From Anaerolineaceae bacterium (GTDB taxonomy: Bacteria > Chloroflexota > Anaerolineae > Anaerolineales > Anaerolineaceae): a stretch of DNA of 50,240 bases. The stretch lies in the NCBI GenBank assembly GCA_011620505.1, contig WOZA01000112.1:1-50240 (forward strand), in the 5' to 3' direction. Position numbers and translations under genes: made by a program. Of the stretch, positions 7,796 to 17,547 are shown in pieces. Under the pieces are notes generated by a model that made no database searches, had not been told where the DNA came from, and saw only the letters and a program-made list of their open reading frames with translations. Position 1 is the stretch's first letter. Each line of letters begins with the position of its first letter.

Positions 7796-9584
7796 AGGTT
7801 TTCATTGCCCCCTGGTAGAGTTCCAGGTGAGCCTGGCGGAGGCGACTGGGGTCCATCTTCTCGACTTTACGGTCGTAGGTCAGGTAGCCGTTGATTTCGG
7901 TCTCGATGTCGGTAGTTTGGGTATAGATCGCCACGGAAAGCCCCAGCGGGATCAGAGGTTTCACCTGCTCCTCCAGCAGACGCAGGTAAGCTGCCGTGAG
8001 TGAAGCAGCATCCTCGTAATGACCATAGCCAAAACGCTTCTTTTCGGTGTAGACGTGCCCGTCCACCTGCATGGTGTAGCCGCCAAACTCTGTCACAGCC
8101 AATATGCGCTCATCCGGTTGAGAAGCGCTCAGGGGTTTTACGTAGACATGCCGGCTCTGAAAATCGCCACCTCCCTGGTCAAACCAGCCCGAAGCATGGT
8201 CCACCAGGCGGGTTGGGTCATAGCCCTTCACCCAGTAAGAAGTTAGGATTGCATGGAACTGCCCCCAACTTTCGTTGAATGGCACCCACACAGCGATGCA
8301 GGGGAAGTGATAAAGGCTGTCAATCATCTGTTTGAGTTCCTGGCGATATTCCTCGCGGTTTTCGGGATCTTCCCTGCCAAAGCGGTGCAAACGGCGGATG
8401 TCGGAGCGGTGAATACCCGACGTGAAGGTAAAAGCCACCACGGCGTCCTTGGTGGTGCGCCCACCATTGGGCATGTCCTGCCAGACGATCATGCCAAGGC
8501 GATCGCAGGCGTAATACCAGCGCGCCGGCTCAACCTTGACATGCTTGCGGATCATGTTGCAACCGATCTTTTTGGCGTACTCGATGTCATAAAGCATGGC
8601 TTCTTCGGAAGGCGCGGTATAGAGCCCTTCGGGGAAGTAACCCTGGTCCAGGGGACCAAATTGAAAGATGGGTTCGTCATTGAGCGTGAAGCGCCAAAAG
8701 CCTTTCCCGTCGCGGATTTTGCTAAACTTGCGCATGCCAAAATAGCTCCCCACCTCGTCCACTACCTTCCCGTCAATTTTCAGTTTGAGAGTCAGGTCGT
8801 ATAGATTTGGGTGATCAGGATGCCATTTTTGGGGGTCGGGGATGTACAGCAGCATCTGGCTGGCGGAAGTTATGCTGCTGCGTGCCACTTCCTGCCCCTC
8901 AAAGGAGGCGATTGCTTCCAATTCGACTTGCGCGGCATCCACCGCTTCGGATAAGGCAATCTCAACCAGCAGGTTACTTGCATCGAGGTTAGGCGTTAGT
9001 TTCAGGCTGCGGATGTGCTGCCTTGGTAAAACCTCCAGCCAAACCGTCTGCCAGATGCCCGAGACAGAGGTATACCAGATGCCGCCAGTTTCAAGGCGCT
9101 GTTTGCCCTTTTGGTGCAGCTCAGCTTCGGTGGCATCGGTACAGGCTAATACCAGCTCATTTTCTCCTGCAACGAGGAAGCGCGTAATGTCAAAACTGAA
9201 AGGTAGATAGCCGCCCCAGTGCTCCCCCACTTTGCTGTCATTGATCCACAACTCGCAGGCGAAGTCCACCGCCCCGAAGTGCAAATGCACCACTTGATCC
9301 TCAGCGTGGGTCACAGTAAAGCTGCGTCGATACCAGAGTTTCTCATCCGGCTGGAGTACGTGCTCCACACCCGACAGCCTGGATTCAGGGGCGAAGGGCA
9401 CAAGAATTTTTTCCTCATAAGATGCTGGCTTAGGGGCTTCCAAATTCTGGATGACACAATCCCACCAGCCGTTGAGGTTCTGCCAGTTTCCGCGAACCAT
9501 TTGCGGTCGGGGGTATTCTGGCAGGGGGATCGGCTGATCGACCTTCCACGGCGTAGTCAGGTTATTGTGGATCAAATCATGCAT
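7794..9584 (-). CDS. Glycoside hydrolase family 2 (beta-galactosidase / beta-glucuronidase-like)
   Basis: It shows the GH2 sugar-binding, Ig-like and TIM-barrel pattern, including an NESWG acid/base motif (WVPFNESWGQF). I prefer ATG 9584 over the ORF-track TTG 9626. This ATG overlaps the upstream stop as ATGCATGA. Confidence 0.85.
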   Translation of the reverse strand: MHDLIHNNLTTPWKVDQPIPLPEYPRPQMVRGNWQNLNGWWDCVIQNLEAPKPASYEEKILVPFAPESRLSGVEHVLQPDEKLWYRRSFTVTHAEDQVVHLHFGAVDFACELWINDSKVGEHWGGYLPFSFDITRFLVAGENELVLACTDATEAELHQKGKQRLETGGIWYTSVSGIWQTVWLEVLPRQHIRSLKLTPNLDASNLLVEIALSEAVDAAQVELEAIASFEGQEVARSSITSASQMLLYIPDPQKWHPDHPNLYDLTLKLKIDGKVVDEVGSYFGMRKFSKIRDGKGFWRFTLNDEPIFQFGPLDQGYFPEGLYTAPSEEAMLYDIEYAKKIGCNMIRKHVKVEPARWYYACDRLGMIVWQDMPNGGRTTKDAVVAFTFTSGIHRSDIRRLHRFGREDPENREEYRQELKQMIDSLYHFPCIAVWVPFNESWGQFHAILTSYWVKGYDPTRLVDHASGWFDQGGGDFQSRHVYVKPLSASQPDERILAVTEFGGYTMQVDGHVYTEKKRFGYGHYEDAASLTAAYLRLLEEQVKPLIPLGLSVAIYTQTTDIETEINGYLTYDRKVEKMDPSRLRQAHLELYQGAMKT

Positions 9585-10893
9585 TTGGTTCTTCTTTCTC
9601 ACCTTGCTTCTTATCCAATCGATCAAATGCCAGGGGAATCAGGGCAAGCAAACCCAAAATTGCACCCACCTGGAAGATAAGGGGCACCGGGATGAAGCCG
9701 GCTTGCCCGTTTAGCACCGTGGGGATGCCGAATCGGCGAATAAGGGCCGAACCGATGCCTGGTCCGATCAGCATTGGTAGCAAAACCAAGAAGATCATGC
9801 GTATTCCCAGGAAACGCCCACGGCTTTCCTCTGGCAACAAGTCCTTCAGCCAGGACATGGCAGCAATCGAAGCGGACATGTTAAACATCTGCCATGCCAG
9901 CCCAGCCAAGGCGAGAAGTGGGATGCTCCGGACTAACGAAAAAGCAAAACAGCCCAGGCAGGTGAGTACGATAGAGACTGCCATCATTAGGCGCTTGCTG
10001 ATTTTGTCAGCCAAGACTCCAAGTGGAAGAGCTGCAATCGCACTTCCGATGATTACCGCGCCGCCTACGAGGGCATATTCCGTCTTGCTCACGCCGATGT
10101 AGTTATTGATGTAGATGATCATGTATGGGAAAGCCACTTGGAAGCCAACCCCCAACAGCATGGCTGAAATCAGGATAATAAAAAGTTTTGAATTCCCCCG
10201 TACAGTTTCAAGGCGGAAAATATCCCTTATCTCCTGCCAAATTCCCTTCTCACTTTGCAGCAGGTTGTCACTTGGCTGATCTGGTAACGCTCCGCCAGCA
10301 ATCAGACCCACTACCATCACAATCCCACCTAAAACATAGAAGAAGGTGAAGTAACCAACTCTGTCTATTAATGCGCCAGCCGCTACGATTGCTACCAACT
10401 GGGCGATGAACAGGCTTAGGTTGAGCACGCCTTCCACCTTACCGCGCTGATCTGCTGGAGCCACATCTGCCGTCCAGGCGTTAAAAGCAGCGTCGTTGGC
10501 AGTTGAACCAAAAAAAGTCATCAGGCAGTCCAGTAAAACCACCATCACGACCGCAAGGGAGATATCCTTGATCAGGGCGGTAGTGGGGAAGAGAATTGTC
10601 ATCAGACCCCAGAGGATATAGCCAAACAGGATGTAAGGTTTGCGCCGACCCCATTTTGAACGGGTGTGGTCGCTCAGGGTGCCGATGAAAATGGTTGTAA
10701 GAGTGGCAACGATCGCGCTGGCAGCTACCATCCAGGAAATCGGTCGTGGATCAGGGGTAATAGTGTCGAACACGAAGGTGTTGAACCAGGTGTTTTCAAC
10801 AGCCCACGCGATCTGCCCGGTGACAGCCAGGGCAACCATTACAGCCCAGGTTCGTCCAGAAATCTTCAATGTTAATTTGTGGTTAGTGATCAA
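9577..10893 (-). CDS. MFS sugar:cation symporter of the glycoside-pentoside-hexuronide (GPH/MelB-like) type
   Basis: It has about 12 hydrophobic segments and the GPH loop motif DHTRSKWGRRKPYILFG. The TTG start at 10893 is preceded by GAGGG with a 6-nt spacing. Confidence 0.85.
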   Translation of the reverse strand: MITNHKLTLKISGRTWAVMVALAVTGQIAWAVENTWFNTFVFDTITPDPRPISWMVAASAIVATLTTIFIGTLSDHTRSKWGRRKPYILFGYILWGLMTILFPTTALIKDISLAVVMVVLLDCLMTFFGSTANDAAFNAWTADVAPADQRGKVEGVLNLSLFIAQLVAIVAAGALIDRVGYFTFFYVLGGIVMVVGLIAGGALPDQPSDNLLQSEKGIWQEIRDIFRLETVRGNSKLFIILISAMLLGVGFQVAFPYMIIYINNYIGVSKTEYALVGGAVIIGSAIAALPLGVLADKISKRLMMAVSIVLTCLGCFAFSLVRSIPLLALAGLAWQMFNMSASIAAMSWLKDLLPEESRGRFLGIRMIFLVLLPMLIGPGIGSALIRRFGIPTVLNGQAGFIPVPLIFQVGAILGLLALIPLAFDRLDKKQGEKEEPNA

Positions 10894-11119
10894 GATGATG
10901 CCCTCATAATCGTGGTACCCTAATTCTAAGTTACTCTGGGGATTTTGTGGATGAACGTCGATATTTCGATAAAGGTTACCTACGGTGAATATCCTTAAGT
11001 TAAGAGTTTACCATCAAGTCTCACCACTGTAGAAAATCTATTGTTTTTAACACTAAACTCCTCCAAAAACTGTTATCATCTATAGAGTAAAATCTTTTTA
11101 AATCATTGATCGGAGCACT

Positions 11120-12028
11120 ATGGCAACCATTATTGTAGATAAAATTGCGAAGAGTTTTGGCGCCACTCAGGCAGTCAAAGACGTTTCTTTCGATGTCCAT
11201 CCGGGTGAGATTTTTGGTCTGCTCGGTCCAAATGGATCCGGTAAAACCACCTCGATCCGCATCATTTTGGATATCTACCAACCAGATTCCGGCAGCGTGA
11301 CCATCCTCGACGGTCCCATGACCAACGAAAAGCTCAATCACATCGGGTACATCCCTGAGGAACGCGGGCTTTACCAGGATGTGCCACTCGACCGCGGTCT
11401 GACGTATCTTGCCTCTCTCAAAGGTCTCACAGAAGACCAAATCAAAGAACGTTTACCCAAATACCTGGCTAAATTCGATCTGACCGAACATGCAAAAAAG
11501 AAAGCCAAGGAACTCAGTAAAGGTATGCAGCAAAAGGGGCAGCTTATCGCCGCCCTGATCCACGACCCCGAGATTATCATCATTGATGAGCCTTTTTCTG
11601 CGCTTGACCCCATCAACACGCAGTTGGTCAAGGACTTGCTGATTGAGCAGCGTAACGCAGGTAAAACCATTGTCATGTGCACCCATCAAATGAACCAGGT
11701 GGAGCAACTTTGCGACCGCCTGGTGCTCATTAACCAGGGTCAGGTACTCTTACAAGGCGAACTCTCGGAAATCCGCAACCGCTTCCGCACCAATGAAGTG
11801 ATCATCGACGCACTCAATCCCCTGCCTGAGAAACTTAATGGCGTATCGCGGATCGAGAAACTCAATGGAGCTTATCGCCTTAGCCCGCAGGAAGGTCTCT
11901 CTTCCCAGGAACTACTCAATGAGTTGATCACACAAGGCATCAAACTAAATTCCTTTGAGGTGGCAGTACCGACCCTCGATGAAATCTTCATCAAGGTTGT
12001 GAAGGAAAGCGGCGGTGTCGATGAATAA
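11120..12028 (+). CDS. ABC transporter ATP-binding protein (ABC-2 / NatA-like exporter)
   Basis: Walker A is GPNGSGKTT, the signature is LSKGMQQK, and Walker B is IIIIDEPFSALD. Confidence 0.9.
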   Translation: MATIIVDKIAKSFGATQAVKDVSFDVHPGEIFGLLGPNGSGKTTSIRIILDIYQPDSGSVTILDGPMTNEKLNHIGYIPEERGLYQDVPLDRGLTYLASLKGLTEDQIKERLPKYLAKFDLTEHAKKKAKELSKGMQQKGQLIAALIHDPEIIIIDEPFSALDPINTQLVKDLLIEQRNAGKTIVMCTHQMNQVEQLCDRLVLINQGQVLLQGELSEIRNRFRTNEVIIDALNPLPEKLNGVSRIEKLNGAYRLSPQEGLSSQELLNELITQGIKLNSFEVAVPTLDEIFIKVVKESGGVDE

Positions 12029-13238
12029 GACCATTAACGTTGCCAGGTACGAATACCTGCACCATGTCGGTAACAGAAGCTTCTGGATTTCCCTGATAAG
12101 TGTACCGCTTGGTTTTGTGTTGATTATTGTTCTTTCGATGCTACTTTCGTTTCTCTCTTTTGATACCCGTCCGGTTGGCATCGTGGATAATGGTAATTTG
12201 ATCCAGATCGAGCCTGACAATTCGAAGCAATCAACTTTCTTTGATCCGCAGATATATCTCTATGTCTATCCCGATGAAAGCGCTGCACGCGCCGCGGCTT
12301 TGGCAGGTGAGATTCAAGGCTTTGCGGTCCTGCCCGAAGATTACACTTCGCGTTTTCAGTTAACCTACTGGACCAACAAGCAGCCTGACAGCGATGTCCA
12401 GGCTGAAATTACCAACTTTATCAGCAAGAATCTAATGGTTGCCGAGAATATCGATTCAGCAGTCTTCACGCGCATCAACGAGGGCAGCCACATCAGCCTG
12501 CAATCATTGGACGGCAGCCAGACCTCCGATGGAACTGGCTGGCATCGGATCATTGTGCCAATCGTGATCGGCATGCTCAACTTCATCGTGGTGATGAGCA
12601 GCGGTGGCTATTTGCTCAAAGCTCTGGTTGAAGAAAAAGAAAACCGCACCATCGAGATTATGCTCACCTCTGTCCCCTCGCGAGAAATCATGGCTGGCAA
12701 AATAATTGGCAATCTCAGCGTAGGTCTGACTCAAATCATTGTCTGGGTCCTTCTGCTTGGCATCGCGGGGTTTATCTTCCGCAACCGGCTGGGATTTCTG
12801 GCGGATATCAATCTTTCAGGTTCATACCTGGCGATCAGCATTGCTCTAATGATCCTGTCGTTCCTCTTCACTGCAGCTTTGATGGCAACCATCGGCGCTG
12901 CAATGACCAGCACTGAAGAATCGCAGGGAGTGATTGGACTAATGGTAGTACCGATGATGTTCCCTTTCTACTTCTTCAGCGTCTTTCTCAACAACCCCAA
13001 TGGCCTCCTCGCCAGAGTGCTGAGCTTTATCCCCCTCAGTGCCCCCATGGCACTCTCTCTCCGCATGGCATTCAGCCCAGTGACACCGCTGGAAATCGGC
13101 CTCGTCTTCGTGGTCATCATCCTTTTGACGCTGCTTATGTTCTGGCTCGCGGGGGTCGTCTTTAAACGCGGTATGCTGCAATATAGCAAGCGGCTCTCGC
13201 TCAAAGAGATCTTCAAGAAGGAGACCCGCAATGCGTAA
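12021..13238 (+). CDS. ABC-2 type permease (NatB-like) with a large extracytoplasmic loop after TM1
   Basis: It has one N-terminal TM helix, a ~150-aa loop, and then about 5 TM helices containing EEKENRTIEIMLTS. ATG 12021 overlaps the upstream stop as ATGAATAA. GTG 12015 is an alternative start. Confidence 0.8.
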   Translation: MNKTINVARYEYLHHVGNRSFWISLISVPLGFVLIIVLSMLLSFLSFDTRPVGIVDNGNLIQIEPDNSKQSTFFDPQIYLYVYPDESAARAAALAGEIQGFAVLPEDYTSRFQLTYWTNKQPDSDVQAEITNFISKNLMVAENIDSAVFTRINEGSHISLQSLDGSQTSDGTGWHRIIVPIVIGMLNFIVVMSSGGYLLKALVEEKENRTIEIMLTSVPSREIMAGKIIGNLSVGLTQIIVWVLLLGIAGFIFRNRLGFLADINLSGSYLAISIALMILSFLFTAALMATIGAAMTSTEESQGVIGLMVVPMMFPFYFFSVFLNNPNGLLARVLSFIPLSAPMALSLRMAFSPVTPLEIGLVFVVIILLTLLMFWLAGVVFKRGMLQYSKRLSLKEIFKKETRNA

Positions 13239-14478
13239 CATTCTTAACGTCTTCAAATTTGAATTTCTGACGGTTCTCAGGCGCCGGTCTTTCATCCTCG
13301 GCCTGATTCTTGTGCCGCTCATTCCTTCCTTGCTACTGGGGGTCTTAAACCTCATCAACCAGGACGAATCCCAATCTATCCAGGAAGTGATCACCCAGGA
13401 AGTCGGCAGTCCCCTCCCCATCGGAGTAGTGGACCAGGCGAATGTGATCAAGGAATACCCCGAATGGGCGACACAAGGCAGGCTCGTGCCCCTTGAGTCA
13501 GAGGCGGATGCACGTGAGAAGACCGCCGCTGGTCAGTTGCAGGGCTTTTATGTGATCGAACCTGATTATCTCGAAACTGGCAATATGCGCTTCATTAAAC
13601 CTCAAATCAGCATGATCACGGAGCTCCTTCAGCAGGACGTCCTCAAAGATCTGATCAATTACAATCTTCTTGGGGCTGACCAGGAGCGCTTTATGCGCTT
13701 CATGAACCCAGCCAACTTTACCTTTGAATATCTCAATCCTGAAACTGCTGACACGCGCGACCAATCCAACGCCGGTACCTATTGGGTCCCATACGCAGTC
13801 ACCATGTTCTTCTATATGATCATCCTGATCAGTTCCGGCTTGATGCTAAGTGCCGTCACCAAGGACAAAGAGAACAAAACGATCGAAATTCTGCTTTCTT
13901 CAGCACGGCCTCTCGATCTCTTTATAGGCAAGATCATGGCATTCGGTTTGCTGAGCCTGATGCAGATGGTTGTCTGGTTTGGGACGTTGACCCTGCTTAT
14001 GGACATGGGCAAGACCTCGCTGCCTTTCCTGCAGAATATCAGCATTCCAACCAGTGTGCTGTGGGCAAGCGTGCCCTTCTTTATCGGCGGCTTTTTGCTT
14101 TACGGCAGCTTGATGGCAGGCATGGGCGCAGTGGCACCCAACCTCCGGGAAGGAAATCAGTCCACCTTTGTGTTGAGTCTCCCCCTGATCTTTACAATCC
14201 TGTCAATCAACCAGTTGATTGAGACGCCATTTTCGTCCTTTACAACCTTCATGACGCTCTTCCCCTTCACGTCGCCGGTCGTGATGCTCACACGGCTCTC
14301 GGTAGGTCCCGTTCCCACCTGGCAGCTCATTGCCAGCATCGCGCTGCTGGTTGGCACAGTCCTCATCGTCATCCACGGCGTTGCTAACCTCTTCAGCTCT
14401 CAGTACCTGCTCAGCGGGCAGAAAATAAAAATTGGTTTGTTCTTACGAACGGTGTTTATCGGTCACCGCCGGGCTTGA
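13231..14478 (+). CDS. Second ABC-2 type permease, paralog of the preceding gene
   Basis: It has the same architecture, with KDKENKTIEILLSS. An AAGGAG SD lies 7 nt before ATG 13231, and that ATG overlaps the upstream stop as ATGCGTAA. Confidence 0.8.
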   Translation: MRNILNVFKFEFLTVLRRRSFILGLILVPLIPSLLLGVLNLINQDESQSIQEVITQEVGSPLPIGVVDQANVIKEYPEWATQGRLVPLESEADAREKTAAGQLQGFYVIEPDYLETGNMRFIKPQISMITELLQQDVLKDLINYNLLGADQERFMRFMNPANFTFEYLNPETADTRDQSNAGTYWVPYAVTMFFYMIILISSGLMLSAVTKDKENKTIEILLSSARPLDLFIGKIMAFGLLSLMQMVVWFGTLTLLMDMGKTSLPFLQNISIPTSVLWASVPFFIGGFLLYGSLMAGMGAVAPNLREGNQSTFVLSLPLIFTILSINQLIETPFSSFTTFMTLFPFTSPVVMLTRLSVGPVPTWQLIASIALLVGTVLIVIHGVANLFSSQYLLSGQKIKIGLFLRTVFIGHRRA

Positions 14479-14494
14479 CCCAATCTGACGGAAA

Positions 14495-14523
14495 CAGCAG
14501 ACCGATCGGTCTGCTGTTTTTTT
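14495..14523 (+). terminator. Rho-independent terminator of the ABC-2 operon
   Basis: CAGCAGACCG-AT-CGGTCTGCTG is a perfect palindromic stem. It is followed by TTTTTTT. Confidence 0.8.
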
Positions 14524-14559
14524 GGCGTTATACTTACAACACCTCTTGTTAACGAGGCT

Positions 14560-15717
14560 ATGATGAAGCCACATAAATCCTTACTATTGATTTTATTGGC
14601 AGTGTTGCTGTTCAGCGCCTGTCAACCCGCATCCAACACCGTTACTCCCACAGACCCGCTGGATAGTGTTCGCACCGAGGCTGCCAGAACGGTTGAGGCA
14701 CTCACCACTCAAATCGTGGCAACAGACCAGGCCGCCCGCACTCAAACAGCCGTCTCTTTCGTGCCTTCCCCAGCGCCACCGACCCCCGAACCAACCCCTG
14801 CTCCGACCCTCAGCCTGCCAACGGACCCTGCCATTCCCACCGCAGCCCAACTGCCCACTCCCACTCTCTCCGGAAGCTGCGACCAGGCAGCTTTTGTCGA
14901 TGAAACCATCCCGGACGGAAGCCAATTCCCACCCGGCACTGCCTTTACCAAGACCTGGACCTTGCGCAACGCCGGTTCATGCACCTGGAATGCGGATTAT
15001 GATGTGGTTTTCAGCAGTGGAAATCCCATGAATGCCCCCGAAGTCATTCCGCTTGCCAAAGAGTCCGTCCCGCCGGGAAGCGATGTGACCATCAGCATCC
15101 CTTTCACAGCTCCGATGGTCGGCGGTAGTTACCGGGCGGATTTCAAGCTGCGTAATGCTGATGGCGTGCTTTTCAGCTTCAAGGATCCATCCCAGACGTT
15201 TTGGGTGGAGATCCAGGTCATGACCGGCAAAATCGACCTGGTCGCCATGGCTTGCAGCATCCGCTGGACCAGTGCCTCAGGGGAACTCCCCTGCCCCGGC
15301 CTGCCGACAGATACACGTGGCTTTGCCTATACGGACATGGCGCCGGTACTCGAAAACGGCAGCAAAGATAACGAACCCGCCTTATGGCTTGGAGTTCAGC
15401 AGAGTCAGGATGGTATGCTGCGGGGCACGTTGCCGGTTATGTTGATACCCGAAAACGCCAAATTCAGCACAGTTTTGGGTTGTGCTTCTGATCAAAAGTC
15501 CTGCAATGTGACTTTGCGGCTCAGTTACCAGGAAGGCGACAAACCGCTGGTTGAAATCGCGCACTGGCAGAAAGAGTATGATGGCAAACTGCTCAGCATC
15601 AGCCAGGACCTGTCTTCGCTTTCAGGAAAAAGCGTACGGATCATCCTGCAGCTTGAAGCAAATGGCTCCCCCCAGGGAGATACCGTCCACCTGCTCGCTC
15701 CAGTGATTGCGCCCTGA
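14560..15717 (+). CDS. Lipoprotein with a Pro/Thr linker, an NBR1-like (N_BRCA1_IG / FW-type) domain and a Cys-containing C-terminal domain
   Basis: The signal peptide has the lipobox LLFSAC. The linker is PSPAPPTPEPTPAPT. The segment FPPGTAFTKTWTLRNAGSCTWNADYDVVF...YRADFKLRNADG resembles the NBR1-like Ig fold. Confidence 0.7.
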   Translation: MMKPHKSLLLILLAVLLFSACQPASNTVTPTDPLDSVRTEAARTVEALTTQIVATDQAARTQTAVSFVPSPAPPTPEPTPAPTLSLPTDPAIPTAAQLPTPTLSGSCDQAAFVDETIPDGSQFPPGTAFTKTWTLRNAGSCTWNADYDVVFSSGNPMNAPEVIPLAKESVPPGSDVTISIPFTAPMVGGSYRADFKLRNADGVLFSFKDPSQTFWVEIQVMTGKIDLVAMACSIRWTSASGELPCPGLPTDTRGFAYTDMAPVLENGSKDNEPALWLGVQQSQDGMLRGTLPVMLIPENAKFSTVLGCASDQKSCNVTLRLSYQEGDKPLVEIAHWQKEYDGKLLSISQDLSSLSGKSVRIILQLEANGSPQGDTVHLLAPVIAP

Positions 15718-15732
15718 TGCACGCGGCTAAGC

Positions 15733-15761
15733 TTGACAAAATGAGCAATCACCTTGACAAT
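15733..15761 (+). promoter_or_regulatory. Candidate promoter TTGACA-17-GACAAT for the second lipoprotein gene
   Basis: TTGACA lies at 15733-15738 and GACAAT at 15756-15761. A second CTTGACAA copy at 15753-15760 overlaps the -10. Confidence 0.35.
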
Positions 15762-15804
15762 TGATAAACGAAACTACCCAGTCTGCTGAAGACCTGGAGG
15801 AATT

Positions 15805-16443
15805 ATGACACGAATAAAGATTACTAAACTACTGCTGGGGCTCAGTGTGGCGGTTTTAGCGCTAAGCGCTTGCGGACCGCGCGTCAGCACACCCAGTCCG
15901 GACCAAATGAGAACGTATGTAGCCGAAACCATTGCATTTCAACTAACCCGGACCGAAATTGCCCGCCCCAGTGAGACTCCCACACCCACGCTTGCTCCCA
16001 GCCCCACTCTGGCTCCCCCCACAGCTACAGTTACAGTTCCGACCGCCGCGGTTGGTCTGCCAACCAGCACAGTTCCCGGTCCAACCACAGCCACGCCGCC
16101 ACCACCCCAAACAGGCGTTGATGCTGGCGTCTGGACTTATAGTAATCCAGCCGATGGCTCGAACATCCAGGCTGGCGCAAAATTTACCGTAGTTGTCACC
16201 TTAATGAACACCGGAACAACCACCTGGAATACCAGCTACTATATCATGCACACTGGCGGGCCAGCCATGGGCGCCCCTACCAAGATCAATATGCCCTACG
16301 AGGTGCCGCCGAACATGAGCGTACAGATTACGATCGAATTTACCGCCCCCTCAGAGACCGGCGCGGTTAAGAGCGAGTGGGTGATCGTGAATCCCAGTGA
16401 TGTAGGGTTCGCCATCTTCTGGTTTGAATACAACATCGTCTAA
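15805..16443 (+). CDS. Small lipoprotein with a Pro/Thr linker and a single NBR1-like domain
   Basis: A GGAGG SD lies 4 nt before the ATG. The lipobox is LALSAC. The domain segment is AGAKFTVVVTLMNTGTTTWNTSYYIMHTGG...EFTAPSETGAVKSEW. Confidence 0.7.
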   Translation: MTRIKITKLLLGLSVAVLALSACGPRVSTPSPDQMRTYVAETIAFQLTRTEIARPSETPTPTLAPSPTLAPPTATVTVPTAAVGLPTSTVPGPTTATPPPPQTGVDAGVWTYSNPADGSNIQAGAKFTVVVTLMNTGTTTWNTSYYIMHTGGPAMGAPTKINMPYEVPPNMSVQITIEFTAPSETGAVKSEWVIVNPSDVGFAIFWFEYNIV

Positions 16444-16453
16444 AGTAGGCAGC

Positions 16454-17485
16454 ATGTCCCTTGAAGATTTGATCAAAGCCGAGGCGTTAAGTCTCGGCTT
16501 TGTGCTTTGTGGCTTTAGCCGCGCAGACACCCCACCCCACTATGAGGCTTATCTGGATTGGATCGAAGCCGGGCATTACGCTGACATGGACTACATGGCG
16601 CGGCCAAACGCCATTGAAGCCCGCTATGACCCAGCCAAACTCCTGCCGGGATGCCGCACGGTTATCAGCCTCGCCACAACCTATCCTGTCCCGACTAGCA
16701 CCCAAAAACCCCAACAAAACCAGGGGAGTATTGCCGCTTATGCTCTTCTGCCCGATTACCACCAGGTTCTGAAAGCTGCGGCAGAGCTCCTTGCGCAGAA
16801 AATCGCCCAACTCACTGACCAACCACTCAAGCACCTGGTTTGCGTCGACACTGCTCCAGTCCTCGAAAAAGACTACGCGCAGCAAGCCGGCCTGGGGTGG
16901 ATTGCCCGGAATTCCTGCCTGACCTCCCAGGCTTACGGATCCTGGCTGTTCCTCTGTGAACTCCTGGTCAGCATCCCTCTCAAGCCGGATAAATCTCTCA
17001 CAAATTCCGACTGCGCCGACTGCCACCGCTGCCAGATGGCTTGCCCCACCAAAGCGATCCTTCCTAACCGCTCCATTGACGCCCGCCGATGCCTTTCTTA
17101 CCTGAGCATTGAGCATCGCGGATCTATCCCGGTTGCCTTTCGCCTTCTGCTCGGGCAGCGTATTTTCGGCTGTGATACCTGTCAGACCATCTGCCCTTCC
17201 AACCAAAAACCGCAAAACACTACTCCGCTATTTGTTAACTCCGAACGGTTCGATCCACATCCCGACTTACTCCAATCGTTCTTGCTTACAGAAGCAGACT
17301 TCAAATCCCGTTATGCCAACACTCCCATTTTGCGGGCCAAATACCAGGGCTTCCGCCGCAATATCGCGATTGCCCTCGGCAATGCCCGCCTGGAAGCAGC
17401 CAGACCTGCCTTGCTGGACTGCGCAGCCAACGAACCAGAGGCAGTTGTACGTGAAGCAGCCCAATGGGCGCTCTCCCAGTACTGA
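16454..17485 (+). CDS. queG: tRNA epoxyqueuosine(34) reductase
   Basis: The N-terminus is QueG-like (GHYADMDYMARP, LLPGCRTVISLA). There are two ferredoxin-type clusters, CADCHRCQMACP and CDTCQTICP, and a HEAT-like C-terminus. The start could be ATG 16454 or TTG 16424. Confidence 0.85.
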   Translation: MSLEDLIKAEALSLGFVLCGFSRADTPPHYEAYLDWIEAGHYADMDYMARPNAIEARYDPAKLLPGCRTVISLATTYPVPTSTQKPQQNQGSIAAYALLPDYHQVLKAAAELLAQKIAQLTDQPLKHLVCVDTAPVLEKDYAQQAGLGWIARNSCLTSQAYGSWLFLCELLVSIPLKPDKSLTNSDCADCHRCQMACPTKAILPNRSIDARRCLSYLSIEHRGSIPVAFRLLLGQRIFGCDTCQTICPSNQKPQNTTPLFVNSERFDPHPDLLQSFLLTEADFKSRYANTPILRAKYQGFRRNIAIALGNARLEAARPALLDCAANEPEAVVREAAQWALSQY

Positions 17486-17547
17486 AATAGCCAAAACCAA
17501 TGCCTTTGTGGCATAATTAAACAAATTCTGAGCTTTGAGGAGAGGTT

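Noticed and set aside
10894-11119. The 226-nt divergent intergenic region between the GPH symporter and the ABC-2 operon was considered as a riboswitch or regulator site. It contains TCGATA twice, a CTTAAG palindrome and GAGTAAAAT.
   Set aside because: I could not identify a convincing promoter hexamer pair, an extended conserved structure or a known riboswitch core. The short repeats are within chance expectation for AT-rich DNA.
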